In this document: positions 51,476 to 63,090 of the stretch, in pieces | Position numbering within the stretch: position 1 is the first letter of the stretch | Layout of the letters: every line of letters begins with the position of its first letter | Source: Carcharhinus amblyrhynchos | Taxonomy: Eukaryota | DNA: 64,000 nucleotides | NCBI GenBank assembly: GCA_965287045.1 | Contig: OZ336898.1 | Span: forward strand, 33,170,001-33,234,000 | Reading direction: 5' to 3' | The notes under the pieces: generated by a model | The model's input: the letters and a program-made list of their open reading frames with translations, nothing else | Told to the model about the DNA's origin: nothing | The model's database searches: none | Position numbers and translations under genes: made by a program

Positions 51476-51897
51476 AGGAGTTTAGAAGGATGAGGGGAGA
51501 CCTTATAGAGACGTATAAGATAATGAAAGGGATGGATAGGGTAGAGGTGGAGAGATTTTTTCCGCTCAGAAAGGATAGCAGGACTAGAGGGCACAGCCTC
51601 AAGATAAGTGGGGGGTGGGGGGGGGGCAGTTTAGATCGGAGTTGAGGAGGAACTTCTTCACTCAAAGGGTGGTGAATCTCTGGAATTCTCTGCCCGTTGA
51701 AGTGGTAGAGGCTACCTCGCTAAATATATTTAAGTCACGTGTAGATAGGTTTTTGACAGACAAGGGAATTAAGGGTTATGGGGTGAAAGCGGGAAAGTGG
51801 AACTGATCCACTTCAGATCAGCCATGATCTTATTGAATGGCGGAGCAGGCTCGAAGGGCTAGATGGCCTACTCCTGCTCCTATTTCTTATGTTCTTA
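51476..51897 (+). mobile_element. CR1 3' fragment closely related to the young family
   Basis: ORF 51615..51806; tail ...ctatttcttatgttctta. Confidence 0.9.
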
Positions 51898-52007
51898 ATG
51901 CCTTTAATCGATCGCAGACCTGCCATTTCCCGTCTCAATATTTGCTTAAAATCTATCACATCGAACATTTTCCAGATTTGAAGAAACATCATCAATCTGA
52001 AGCATCT

Positions 52008-52290
52008 GGACGGCACGGTGGCACAGTGGTTAGCACTGCTGCCTCACAGCACCAGGGACCCGGGTTCGATTCCCAACTTGGGTCATTGTCTGTGTGGAGT
52101 TTGCACATTCTCCCCGTTGTCTGCGAGTTTCCTCCGGGTGCTCCGGTTTCCTCCCACAGTCTGAAAGATGTGCTGGTTAGGTGCATTGACCCGAACAGGC
52201 ACTGAAATGTGGCGACTAGGGGAATTTCACAGCAACTTCATTGCAGTGTTAATGTAAGCCTTACTTGTGACTAATGAATAAACTTTAAAC
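52008..52290 (+). mobile_element. tRNA-derived V-SINE (tail type 2)
   Basis: A box tggcacagtgg, B box ggttcgattcc, V-domain, and tail ...acttcattgcagtgttaatgtaagcc...aataaacttt. Confidence 0.88.
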
Positions 52291-53209
52291 ACTATTTTTC
52301 GCTCCAAACATGCCGCCAGATGGCGTGAGTATTTATTTTTGATTTTTAATTCATAGAGTTTTATTAGGTGGGAGCATTTTGTATGTAATCATTGCAGATA
52401 GATGGAGTTTGGAAACAGATCAGCAATGAGCTAAAATCTTCTCCTATTTGTATATTCCAGCAACATTCCTCGAGAGGAAGAGGTGCTCTTTTCTCCGATG
52501 TACGCTGACCAGCACAGGACATAATTTTTAGTTACCAGCTTATCCTTTCCAGTCCTGCTAAATGTTATAACTGCTTTAACACAATTAAGCTGCACAATAT
52601 TGGTGCTAACTTCATGTTTACTGCAACGTCAGTGTTATTAATCTCAAATCCTTCCGTAATCTGGAGGAGCGATCACAATAAAAGGACATCTGTTAATTAA
52701 TTCTTACCTTTGATCTGGTAAACAAGTAGCTAACCTAATATTGCACACAACAAGAATACACAAAGTGTTTAATTCACTCTGGAGGCTGCCTAACTGCAAG
52801 ATTGAACATTGAAATAGTGTAAGGATTGGGAAGCACAGAATCATACAGCAAATGAGTCAATACCAAAAATGTTAAATTTGTCACATCACAAATTGATAAA
52901 TAATTGCAAAGATCGATGCAAAGATTGTAAAGGAAGGAGCACATTAACTGAGTAAATAAATCACTGTCCACTCATTCATCAAAATCAGAACAATAAACAG
53001 GAAGGATAGACTCACTCTCCATCTGCTAGCCCAGTAACACTGGGATCACAGCCACTCTGTGAAAGTCTTGTGCTACATTACACAAGTGTTACAGGACATG
53101 GCTGTAACAGAGTAACCTCCCAATTAAGGGATATCAGCCCAGTTGCTGCACAGGGATAATAAATGAACAGGTACAATAAAGAAACCTACTGCACTATACT
53201 GCACATTTC

Positions 53210-53492
53210 AATTACTAGGGGGCATAGGTTTAAGGTGCAAGGGGCAAGGTTTAAAGATGTACGAGGCAGATTTTTTACACAGAGAGTAGCGGGTGCCTGA
53301 AACTCGCTGCCAGGGGAGGTAATGGAAGCGGATACAGTAGTGACTTTTAAGGGGAGTCTTGATAAGTACATGAATAGGATGGGAATGCAGGGACATGGTC
53401 CCTGGAAGGGCTTTGGTTAAGGCAGGCAGCACGGTCGGTGCAGGCTTGGAGGGATGAAGGGCGTGTTCCTGTGCTGTAATTTTCTTTGTTCT
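53210..53492 (+). mobile_element. CR1 3' fragment
   Basis: actagggggcataggtttaagg...ttttttacacagagagt... with tail ttctttgttcttt. Confidence 0.85.
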
Positions 53493-53591
53493 TTATTCAA
53501 ACATGCTGTTACATACAGATACTGGAATATATAGCAAGCATACTTCAATATGCAAAACCCCAGGGAAATATAGTGAACACATTGTACTAAC

Positions 53592-53663
53592 CTTCAACAT
53601 TGTGCAGAGATGAAAGTGACTCCTCACTTTTAGCAGAGCGAAGTGTCCCTGAATCACCCCTGG
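53592..53663 (-). CDS. ARHGAP32: ARHGAP32 coding exon (ARGDSGTLRSAKSEESLSSLHNVE)
   Basis: Acceptor cccatcag|CC, donor G|gttagt; 72 bp, phase 1 to 1. TLRSAKSEESL motif. Confidence 0.93.
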
Positions 53664-53998
53664 CTGATGGGAAGACAAAACAAACACAAAATGATCAGAA
53701 GGAAGCCAAACATAATTGTCTATTACACTGCTCATAGCTGCGGAATCGATGATTTAAAACTTACTTAGAAGTGATTTTCTACCATGCTGTCGAGCCTGCC
53801 GGTGTCTCATTTGGTACAGGATTAAAAACAGCAGTGAGGGATAGGAATGAACTTCCCTTCACTTGAATAATCTGGCAACACTCATGGTGTCTTCTTGCAT
53901 GCGACTAATAATCACTTCCACAAGGTGGTGTAGCGGTACCTCAGCAAGAGCAGAAACAGGGAAAGCACGTTCTCCTCAATTAATCTGAAAACACTCAC

Positions 53999-54153
53999 CT
54001 GCCAAAACCATGGACTTCATTTGTGCTGGCTCGCTGGGGTTCCGCTGCAACTTCCGCTTGGTCACAGAGGAAGACTTGCCCTCGGACCTGAGACCGAAGA
54101 AAGACCGCCAGGTACCAACAGGCGATTTCTTGGGTTTGCTGATTGTTCTCTTC
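53999..54153 (-). CDS. ARHGAP32: ARHGAP32 coding exon (KRTISKPKKSPVGTWRSFFGLRSEGKSSSVTKRKLQRNPSEPAQMKSMVLA)
   Basis: Within ORF 53976..54227. Acceptor tttccag|G, donor G|gtgagt; 155 bp, phase 2 to 1. WRSFF and KRKLQRN.SEP motifs. Confidence 0.95.
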
Positions 54154-54709
54154 CTGGAAAAGAATAGTGAAAGATTCAGTATTAAACAATGTGACATACC
54201 GAATTCTAAACAGGTAAAGAACACCACAAATCACAATAATGCACACTTACACAATTTAAATGTTGAAAACCATTCCTTGATATATCACACAGGTGGAATT
54301 AGACTAAATCTGACACTAAAGGCACAGATATTAGGAACAAATAGCAAAAACTTGGTCAAGATAGCAGGTTTTAAAGAGGGTCTTAAGAGAAGGAGAAGGA
54401 AATGGACAGAGTGTGAATAACAACAAGCACAAATCTCCAGTCTGCAGAAAAAGACTGACCGAGGGGGAGCAAGACCCCGAGATCCTGAGGGGGCGAAGGA
54501 GAGACTCCGAGCAGGACAGCAGCACTGAGCGGGAGAGCACAAAACCAGGGATTCACAGAATAGGGAGAGAGTGGGGACCCTGTCCACAGTAAGGACAACA
54601 CAATCAAGAGATTCTGGCCATTAGTGGTATGTTTCTGTCACAGATTACTGAACACATTTCTAAACACCTGCTGCAAAGGAAGAGTTTAAAGGTGGCACTG
54701 CTATTTTAC

Positions 54710-54911
54710 CTTTCAATTGGGAAGTCAATGACTGTGTGGAACCTGCCCTGCAACGCTGCAGGTCCATCACCCACTTCAATGTACTTGCTGTCTGAATTAA
54801 CAGGGGAGATGATCTGGACCTGGGTTCGAGCCTGGGCCTCCTCTAGGGTGAGGAGTTTGGTTGAGGGAGACGACACCAGCAAGGATTTGGGTCGAGACAG
54901 AGATACGTGTC
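54710..54911 (-). CDS. ARHGAP32: ARHGAP32 coding exon (GHVSLSRPKSLLVSSPSTKLLTLEEAQART...FHTVIDFPIER)
   Basis: Within ORF 54706..54984. Acceptor ctgcag|GA, donor AG|gtaaaa; 202 bp, phase 1 to 2. KLLTLEEAQART motif. Confidence 0.95.
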
Positions 54912-55174
54912 CTGCAGAGAAGAACAGAAAAATGGAAGAATAAATGACCACCAAAATGTTTTCCTTCACAGCTGGGTAGTACAAAACTTGGTTTACATGG
55001 GATTGGTGGATATGTGAAAGATCAATATTGTAATGAGTTTAAAAAAGGAATCCACTGAATTTAACAGGCATTGAAATCTAGGACAAGGACATCACTGTAA
55101 AGGTCCTAAAATCACTCCACTAAAAGCAGAATCGTTAACAATGCAGTTTCTTAACACAACAATCACCACATAGC

Positions 55175-56319
55175 ATTCTGCCAAACAGAATCCTATCCCA
55201 CAGCCCCCCCATTCCCAAACAGAATCCTATCCCACGGCCCCCCCATTCCCAAACAGAATCCTATCCCACAGCCCCCCCATTCCCAAACAGAATCCTATCC
55301 CACAGCACCCCCATTCCCAAACAGAGTCCTATCCCACAGCCCCCCCATTCCCAAACAGAATCCTATCCCACAGCACCCCCATTCCCAAACAGAGTCCTAT
55401 CCCACAGCCCCCCCATTCCCAAACAGAATCCTATCCCACAGCACCCCCATTCCCAAACAGAGTCCTATCCCACAGCCCCCCCATTCCCAAACAGAATCCT
55501 ATCCCACGGCCCCCCCATTCCCAAACAGAATCCTATCCCACAGCCCCCCCATTCCCAAACAGAATCCTATCCCACAGCACCCCCATTCCCAAACAGAGTC
55601 CTATCCCACAGCCCCCCCATTCCCAAACAGAATCCTATCCCACAGCACCCCCATTCCCAAACAGAGTCCTATCCCACAGCCCCCCCATTCCCAAACAGAA
55701 TCCTATCCCACGGCCCCCCCATTCCCAAACAGAATCCTATCCCACAGCACCCCCATTCCCAAATAGAATCCTATTCCTCTGTCACTCATTCCCAAACAGA
55801 ATCCTATCCCACAGCCCCCCCATTCCCAAACAGAATCCTATCCCACAGCCCCCCCATTCCCAAACAGAATCCTATCCCACAGCACCCCCATTCCCAAATA
55901 GAATCCTATCCCACAGCACCCCCATTCCCAAACAGAATCCTATCCCACAGCCCCCCCATTCCCAAACAGAATCCTATCCCACAGCCCCCCCATTCCCAAA
56001 TAGAATCCTATTCCTCTGTCACTCATTCCCAAACAGAAACTTATCCCACAGCCTCTCAATCCCAAACAGAATCCTATCCCACAGCACCCCCATTCCCAAA
56101 CAGAATCCTATCCCACAGCCCCCCCATTCCCAAACAGAATCCTATCCCACAGCCCCCCCATTCCCAAATAGAATCCTATTCCTCTGTCACTCATTCCCAA
56201 ACAGAAACTTATCCCACAGCCTCTCAATCCCAAACAGAATCCTATCCCAGTCTCTCATTCCCAAATAGAATCCTATTCCTCTGTCACTCATTCCCGAACA
56301 GCATCCTCTCCCACAGCCC
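55175..56319. repeat. Minisatellite, 33-34-bp unit (cccaaacagaatcctatcccacagcccccccatt), about 34 copies
   Basis: Directly visible tandem array in an ARHGAP32 intron. Confidence 0.97.
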
Positions 56320-58211
56320 GCGGTGAATGGTGAATTTCATCTGCAGGAGAGACCCACAAGGAAAGTTATCTGTGTGACATTTTCATTCACCATCCTACAC
56401 AAATGAAGAAATTGCCGTGTTTAGGTCAGAGTGGCAGAATGGCTCCCCCTCTTTTCCCACTTATTTACTTGCAAATTGGTTTGACAACGACATGCTTGCC
56501 AGTTCAGTGAGTGGTTAACTGTTTATGTGCTATGACTGCCAAAGGCATACACAGGGACGTTTCCTTGAAAGTTTTTAAACAACGGAGTATATTTATTGTA
56601 TTTAATCCGGTCTAATAAAAATAATAGAAATGCTCTGACCATCATGCACATATGCACAAGTTACAGAATGGGACGATGGATTAAGTACTCTTTTTAGGGT
56701 CCAATAATAGTTCAATCTTGCAGATTGATGATTTGTAATGTTTCAGGCTGAGCTCAAGGGTATCTCTGGATTTGGTGGTGAGGTGATTTAGTCTGCTGTC
56801 AGACAATTTCTTTGTTCTTATGACGCTAGCAGCAGCAGTATTGCTTCTTAAAACCGTGCCTGCCACATGTGGGAGGTCAAACAGCAAAGAGTGTTCAAAC
56901 CTGTATGATGGATGGAGATAGAGGGAGGGAGAGTCCTGCTATTTTGGCATCTGTTCTGCTTGTGCAGGAGCAGCTCTTAAATGCAAAAGAGTGTTAGCTT
57001 GCTTGTCACATGATTCCCCTCTCTACGCTGACCAGTTATCCAAGTATGTTGCGGCTAATGGATTGCAGGTGCATTGTTTCGACTTGATTAGATTATGGCT
57101 AAATGAATTCTACTCTCAACCTGCATTCATCATCAAGAGATGAGTTTTAATGGTTGGTTTCCATCCAGGTGATGTCTCGATGCTCTGTGAATGGGTCAGG
57201 AGATATGGCTCATTCACATTCCTCTCAGGTGTTATCTCTGATAGTTTCTGAAGCCGGGCTGACTCATTTTAATGGCTTTAGCATTTGTAAAGGACAGTGA
57301 TACAAATATTCAGCCATCTTAATAATTGCTATTTCAAGTCACTGTTTTCATCTTTTTAAATTCAGTGGTCTTCAGTCAGTAAATACATGATCATTTCTGA
57401 TATAAAGCATGGTTTTATGACAGAAACTTAACAGAACAAAGCCTGGAAGATTTTTGGCCTGTACTGGGGAAGGTGGAATATTGTCACTGTTTAATACACA
57501 GATTGAGGTTACTCTACAGCAGTTTACGTGGAATGAAACTCCAGTTCCAACTTGTGAAGAAGGATTAAAGGAAAGGATTACAGTCTCTGATTCTAAATTA
57601 AACAAAGAAAGCACTTTAGCTAGAAACCTATATTCTAACCACTAGGCAGTTAGAGTAACAGATCAAAGGCAGTTTGCAGATTAATTGCTAAAGCTTATAA
57701 CTTGCAAACGTTGGGCCTAATCATCACAGGCTGTTCAGAAACTGCTTTCTCTGAAGAAATGAAGCTTCCAGGTACACAGTATTGAAGAGAGACAGCTGAT
57801 GTCTGTGGGCTTTCTTTGCATCATTTTTGTACCATGGATACAACTTGATTCAGTGATGACCTACAGGTAGCTGGCAGGCAGATAGCGCCAGCAATTCTCT
57901 AGCTTTCAGTTTTAGTAGCTGACCAGTTAGAAAAACCTGGAATAAAACAAACATACTAACTATTTCTGCAGGAAGGAAGAAAGAGTAGTCCTGGTTGGAC
58001 ATAACCGTAATGAAAGGTACTGTGTCTAGTTGTCCTCAATCTAGCAGACCCAGCACATGACTACTCCAGAACAAAACCAGCCCGGATTATCAACAGGGAC
58101 ATGGGAGAATGTGAGGCCGATATTTAGATTATAATTTAGTCACTGAATATTCATCGTGTTAATAGGTTTATAACAAAACAACCCAGCAGGATGGGATAGG
58201 CTGTGACCTAC

Positions 58212-58357
58212 CTGGACCCTCTCGCATTACTGAGCTGAGCTTGGAGCTGAAAAGCATGTCCACATGATTGAGAATGAATTCTACCACCACAGACTGAATC
58301 CGAACCTCCATGAAGGCAGCAGTACCACTGAAACAGGCAGATTCGATCTGGCGGGAT
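58212..58357 (-). CDS. ARHGAP32: ARHGAP32 coding exon, end of RhoGAP domain (SRQIESACFSGTAAFMEVRIQSVVVEFILNHVDMLFSSKLSSVMREGP)
   Basis: Acceptor ttcccag|A, donor G|gtaggt; 146 bp, phase 2 to 1. Closely matches the vertebrate ARHGAP32 sequence as I recall it. Confidence 0.95.
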
Positions 58358-59162
58358 CTGGGAACAGATACAGAGAAGCCAAAATCAAAGTGGGAAAATT
58401 CAGCCTCCCCCCCCCCACCAAGGTAACAGAAATTCCATGAACACGGACACCTCCCAAGTCACAGACAAACTTCTCCCAGTGACAGTAACAATTGACCTCC
58501 ACCCCCCAACGCTCTCCTTTGCAGGATTAGGTATGGAACAGTAAGCGTGCCTGATAAAAGGATTTAACATGTTTCTTTTAATTTACATCTTGTATCTGTT
58601 GGCAATCTATGTTACCTGAGAATAAGACATTTTAGTAAATGTTCAATATGCAGCCAAAGCCTTGCAGGTAAGCAAGGAAATCTTCAAGCTTCTTTTAGTT
58701 CATGACTTGCACTCACCACTAACAATAGCATTCTTGAAACTGTCACAAGCTACTTCTATCTTAATTATCTGATAGCTGAGTTAAAGAACAGAAAGACAGT
58801 GATTCATGTTGTGACATTAACCTCAATTTTATCATAGTTGTTAAGTAGGTACATTGCTCTGTACTAACATTCACCTACATTAACCTACATCTCAGTGGTC
58901 ACTTTTACCCTAGAAAATTACCTGCAACAGTAAGTGGGTCACCAATGATCTCTAAAGGATGACCTGATTATATATCTCCAGCCATTTATCACTGCCAAGC
59001 TCTAGTGCCATCTGTCACAAAGGGAATCAGCTGCTGCCTGAAACACTTGGCATGGGGTTAACTGTTTTCATTCTGGCAAACTCAGTTTTGTGTTAAAGGC
59101 CTGTTTAAACAGTCTCAACATTGAAACTCATATCCCATGGCTAATAGTCCACCTGCTCTCAC

Positions 59163-59270
59163 CTCAGAAGGTTTGGGGCCCAAACAATAGCCAGATTCTT
59201 GGTATGCATGTTGGTGATGTAACTGAAAGTTGCTAACCGAGCCAAGTGCCTCATTAGAAACTCCAGGGTC
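59163..59270 (-). CDS. ARHGAP32: ARHGAP32 coding exon, RhoGAP domain (TLEFLMRHLARLATFSYITNMHTKNLAIVWAPNLLR)
   Basis: Acceptor tgtccag|G, donor AG|gtgaga; 108 bp, phase 2 to 2. Contains the RhoGAP NxM..NLAIVWAPNLL motif. Confidence 0.95.
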
Positions 59271-59899
59271 CTGGACAAAGAATAAATTACAATTTAGTCA
59301 AGATTCAGCACAATATCAACAGAGACTGTGAAGAAGGGATTTCACAAACATGGCAGCCACACTTCATCCTAGTGCTGCAAAGACAGCCAATTCAATAATA
59401 GGAAAGCAGTTACAGAAGTGGTGATATTCTGGTGATATTAATGTTCATACATGGGTAAATTGATGCAGCTCTGAGAATTATTGAAGTGACAGAAGTGAAG
59501 GGAGCAGGAATACAGCACACAATGGCCTAAAGCAGTCATCAAAAGGAGACTGAAGAACAATACTTGTGCCAACAATTCTGATTAAAAGGCTTATGAGACA
59601 GTGCCCTAAGTGCATCAGATTCTCAGAATGCTGATGGGTCTTGGTGTGGTAGAGATATTCATGTAACCAGCGTGGGGTTACTGCAGGCCAGAGATTCCCC
59701 CCACCTCTCAAACCTACCAATGTAGCAGTTCTAATGTTCTTCCTTTCAGTGCTGTGATTGTATTTCTGTATATCAGAAATTAGAGTTACTGTTACCAATG
59801 TTAATTGGAACATACAGAAATTTATCCATTTGATATTCCACCTCCTACATTTTTCCAGCGCAAACTTTATCACAGCAAACTTCATTTTAGATTACATAA

Positions 59900-60520
59900 A
59901 ACTTGTAAATATTGAGAACTGTTTGGAGGACAGAGACAGTTTCCAAGATCAATTTAAACAGGTTGGTGGAATAGGCAATTACCTGGCAAATGAATCTAAC
60001 ACAAAGAAATATGATGTGATACATCTTGGGAAAAAGAATGTAGAAAAACAATAGCAAGGCTACAATACTAAATAAAGTAGCTGCAGGAACAGAGCGACTT
60101 GAGCACAATTTGCTGAAGGTAGCAGATTGAGGACAGGGAGCACATTGAGAGGAGATCTGATAGAAATATTAAAAATCGTGAGGCGTCTGGACAGAGTCAA
60201 TATCAGGAAACTGTTCCCATTGGTGGAGAGATCAAGAAGCAGAGGGCATTGATTTAAAGTGATTTGCAAATGAACCAAAGGTGATGTGAGGACAACCTTT
60301 TCCTGCAGTAAGTGGTTAGGATCTGGAATGCATTGCCTGACAGCGTGATGGAGGCAGATTCAGTCATGGCTTTCAAAAGGGATGTATGTTATCTGAATAG
60401 CAAAAAATTATAAGGTTATGGGAAAAAGGCTGGGAAGTGGGATGAGCTGAGACACTCCTGTGGACAGCTGGCATGGACACGATAGGCTGAATGGCTTCCT
60501 TGTGCACTGTAAACACTTTA
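59900..60520 (+). mobile_element. Decayed CR1 3' region
   Basis: Degenerate RGDLIE..K and WNALP motifs and a CR1 tail. Confidence 0.7.
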
Positions 60521-60568
60521 TGATTATTTTGGAGAGAGTAGGCATGTGCTCAAATGGTTAACCCTTAC

Positions 60569-60651
60569 CTGTAGTGAGGAGGAGGAAGCTGCTGGATGAC
60601 ATCATGAATTTTAATCAAGCGATCCTCATCTGAAGCGACTGACACAGAATC
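60569..60651 (-). CDS. ARHGAP32: ARHGAP32 coding exon, RhoGAP domain (DSVSVASDEDRLIKIHDVIQQLPPPHYR)
   Basis: Manual translation. Acceptor cctatag|GAT, donor AG|gtaagg; 83 bp, phase 0 to 2. IHDVIQQLPPPHYR is the ARHGAP31/32/33-type RhoGAP segment. Not in the ORF track. Confidence 0.93.
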
Positions 60652-62010
60652 CTATAGGACACAACCAGTTAAAGTCAGTCTCCATCACTGAACACATCGA
60701 AGCCTACCCTCACTGAACAACGCCACCCACCCTCCTCATTGGGCTGCCCCCCCACCCACCCCGAACTTCATTAAGAGTCAATACTTTTATACATTATTTT
60801 TATGAAATGTGAGGGTGCTGGCAGGTGGGCTGCCTTCTTGAACTGCTGCAGTCCATCTGGTGTAGGTACACCCACAGTGCTGTTATGAAAGGAGTTCCAG
60901 GCTCTTGACCCAGTAACAGTGAAGGAGCAGCAACATAATTCCAAGTCAGGATAGTACATGACTTGGAGGGAAATGTTCAGATGGTAGTGTCCCCATGTAT
61001 TTGCTGCGCTTCTCGAGTGGGTTTTTTTATTCAGTTAAGGAACATGGGCATTGCTGGCTGAACCAGCATTTACTGCCCATCCCTAATTGCCCTTGGAGGG
61101 CAGTTGAGATTCAACCACATTGCTATGGCTCTAGAGTCACACGTAGGCCAGACCAGGTTAGGATGGCAGATTTCATTCCCTAAATGATATTAGTGAACTA
61201 GATGGGTTTTTCTGACAATCGACAATAGTTTCATGGTTATCAGTAGATTCTTAATTCCAGTTTTTTTTGTTGAATTCAAACATCACCATCTACTGTGGCG
61301 GGATTCGAACCTGGGTCCCCAGGACATTAATTTCTGGATTAATAGTCTAACAATAATACCACTAGACCATCATCCCCGCAGGAGGAGCCTTTCCTGGAGC
61401 TGCAATCATCCAAACTGTGGAGAATATTTCATCACACGTTTGACTTGTACCTTGCAGATGTGGAAAAACTTTGGAGAATCAGGGGGTAGAACTCTCTGGA
61501 GAATTCCCAGCCTCTGACTGCTCTTGTGGTCGTAGTATTTATCTAGCTTGTTTCTGGTCAATGATGACAGCCAGGATGTTTATGGTGGAGATTCAGCAAT
61601 GCTGATGGTTCTGAATTTCAAGGGGAAATGGTTAGATTGTCACTATCGGAGGTGACCATTGCCTGGCATTTTTATCAGTCCAAGTCTGGAGGTTACCCAG
61701 GTCTTGTTGCGTGCAGATGGAAACTGCTTTAATATCTGAGGAATTCCAAATGGTGCTGAACACATTGTGCAATGATCACAAATCATCCCATTCCTGACAG
61801 TATGATAGTGGAAATATCACTGATGAAGCAGCTGAAGGTGGTTCAATTTAGGACACTACCCTGTTGAACTCCTACAGCAATGCTCTTGAAGTGAAGGGCA
61901 GTCAGACATATCACATTCTTGGAATTCAGCTCTTCCATCCATTTTTTGAAACAAGAGTCTTGAGCCTGGCAGAACCCAAACCTTTCCCTCAGTGATCCTC
62001 TCCTGCCCCT

Positions 62011-63090
62011 CACTGAAACAGTCATGTCCCCCTCCCCCCGTCGCACTGGAAGGGTCACTCCCCCTCCCCCTTGCACTGTAAGGATAACCCACCTTCCCCT
62101 GAACTGAAATGGTAACTTCCTCCCCTCCCCGCACTGAAAGGGTCAGTCCCCCTCTCGCACTGAAAGCCTCACTCTCCCACTACTCCGCATTGAAAGGGTC
62201 ACTCCTGCCCACACTGAAATGGTCACTCCCCCCACCCTGCACTGAAATGGTAACTCCCCCCCACCCCGCACACTGAAAGGGTCACTCCCCCCCCACCCCC
62301 GCATTGAAAGGGCCACTCCTCACCCCCTCCTCCCACACTGAAAGGGTAACTCCCTGCCCTGCACTGAAAGGGTAACTCCCCAACTCCCTCCCACACTGAG
62401 AGGGTAACTCCCCCCTCTCCCCACACTGAAAGGGTAACTCCCCCCTCTCCCCACACTGAAAGGGTAACTCCCCAACTCCCTCCCACACTGAGAGGGTAAC
62501 TCCCCCCTCTCCCCACACTGAAAGGGTAACTCCCCCCTCTCCCCACACTGAAAGGGTAACTCCCCAACTCCCTCCCACACTGAGAGGGTAACTCCCCCCT
62601 CTCCCCACACTGAAAGGGTAACTCCCCCCTCTCCCCACACTGAAAGGGTAACTCCCCAACTCCCTCCCACACTGAGAGGGTAACTCCCCAACTCCCTCCC
62701 ACACTGAGAGGGTAACTCCCCAACTCCCTCCCACACTGAGAGGGTAACTCCCCAACTCCCTCCCACACTGAGAGGGTAACTCCCCAACTCCCTCCCACAC
62801 TGAGAGGGTAACTCCCCCCTCTCCCCACACTGAAAGGGTAACTCCTCCCTCTCCCCACACTGAAAGGGTAACTCCCCAACTCCCTCCCACACTGAGAGGG
62901 TAACTCCCCAACTCCCTCCCACACTGAGAGGGTAACTCCCCAACTCCCTCCCACACTGAGAGGGTAACTCCCCCCGCACTGAAAGCATCACTCCCCACCC
63001 CCACCCCCACACTGAAAGGGTAACTCCTCCCTCCCCCCCCCACACTGAAAGGGTAACTCCCCCCACACTGAAAGGATCATTCACCACCTG
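62011..63090. repeat. Minisatellite, 30-31-bp unit (cacactga(a/g)agggtaactcccc...), with degenerate flanking units
   Basis: Visible tandem array; two alternating unit types (cctctccc and aactccctcc). Confidence 0.95.

Noticed and set aside
55175-56319. Regularly spaced ~34-bp repeats as a CRISPR array
   Set aside because: Units are head-to-tail with no unique spacers, there are no cas genes, and the context is a vertebrate intron.
34414-60651. Assignment to paralogues ARHGAP33 or ARHGAP31
   Set aside because: The terminal exon motifs (RSKSDPGKTG, SQYDNL.DY, ALGQG.F...EL.LQ..E..H.E C-terminus) match ARHGAP32.
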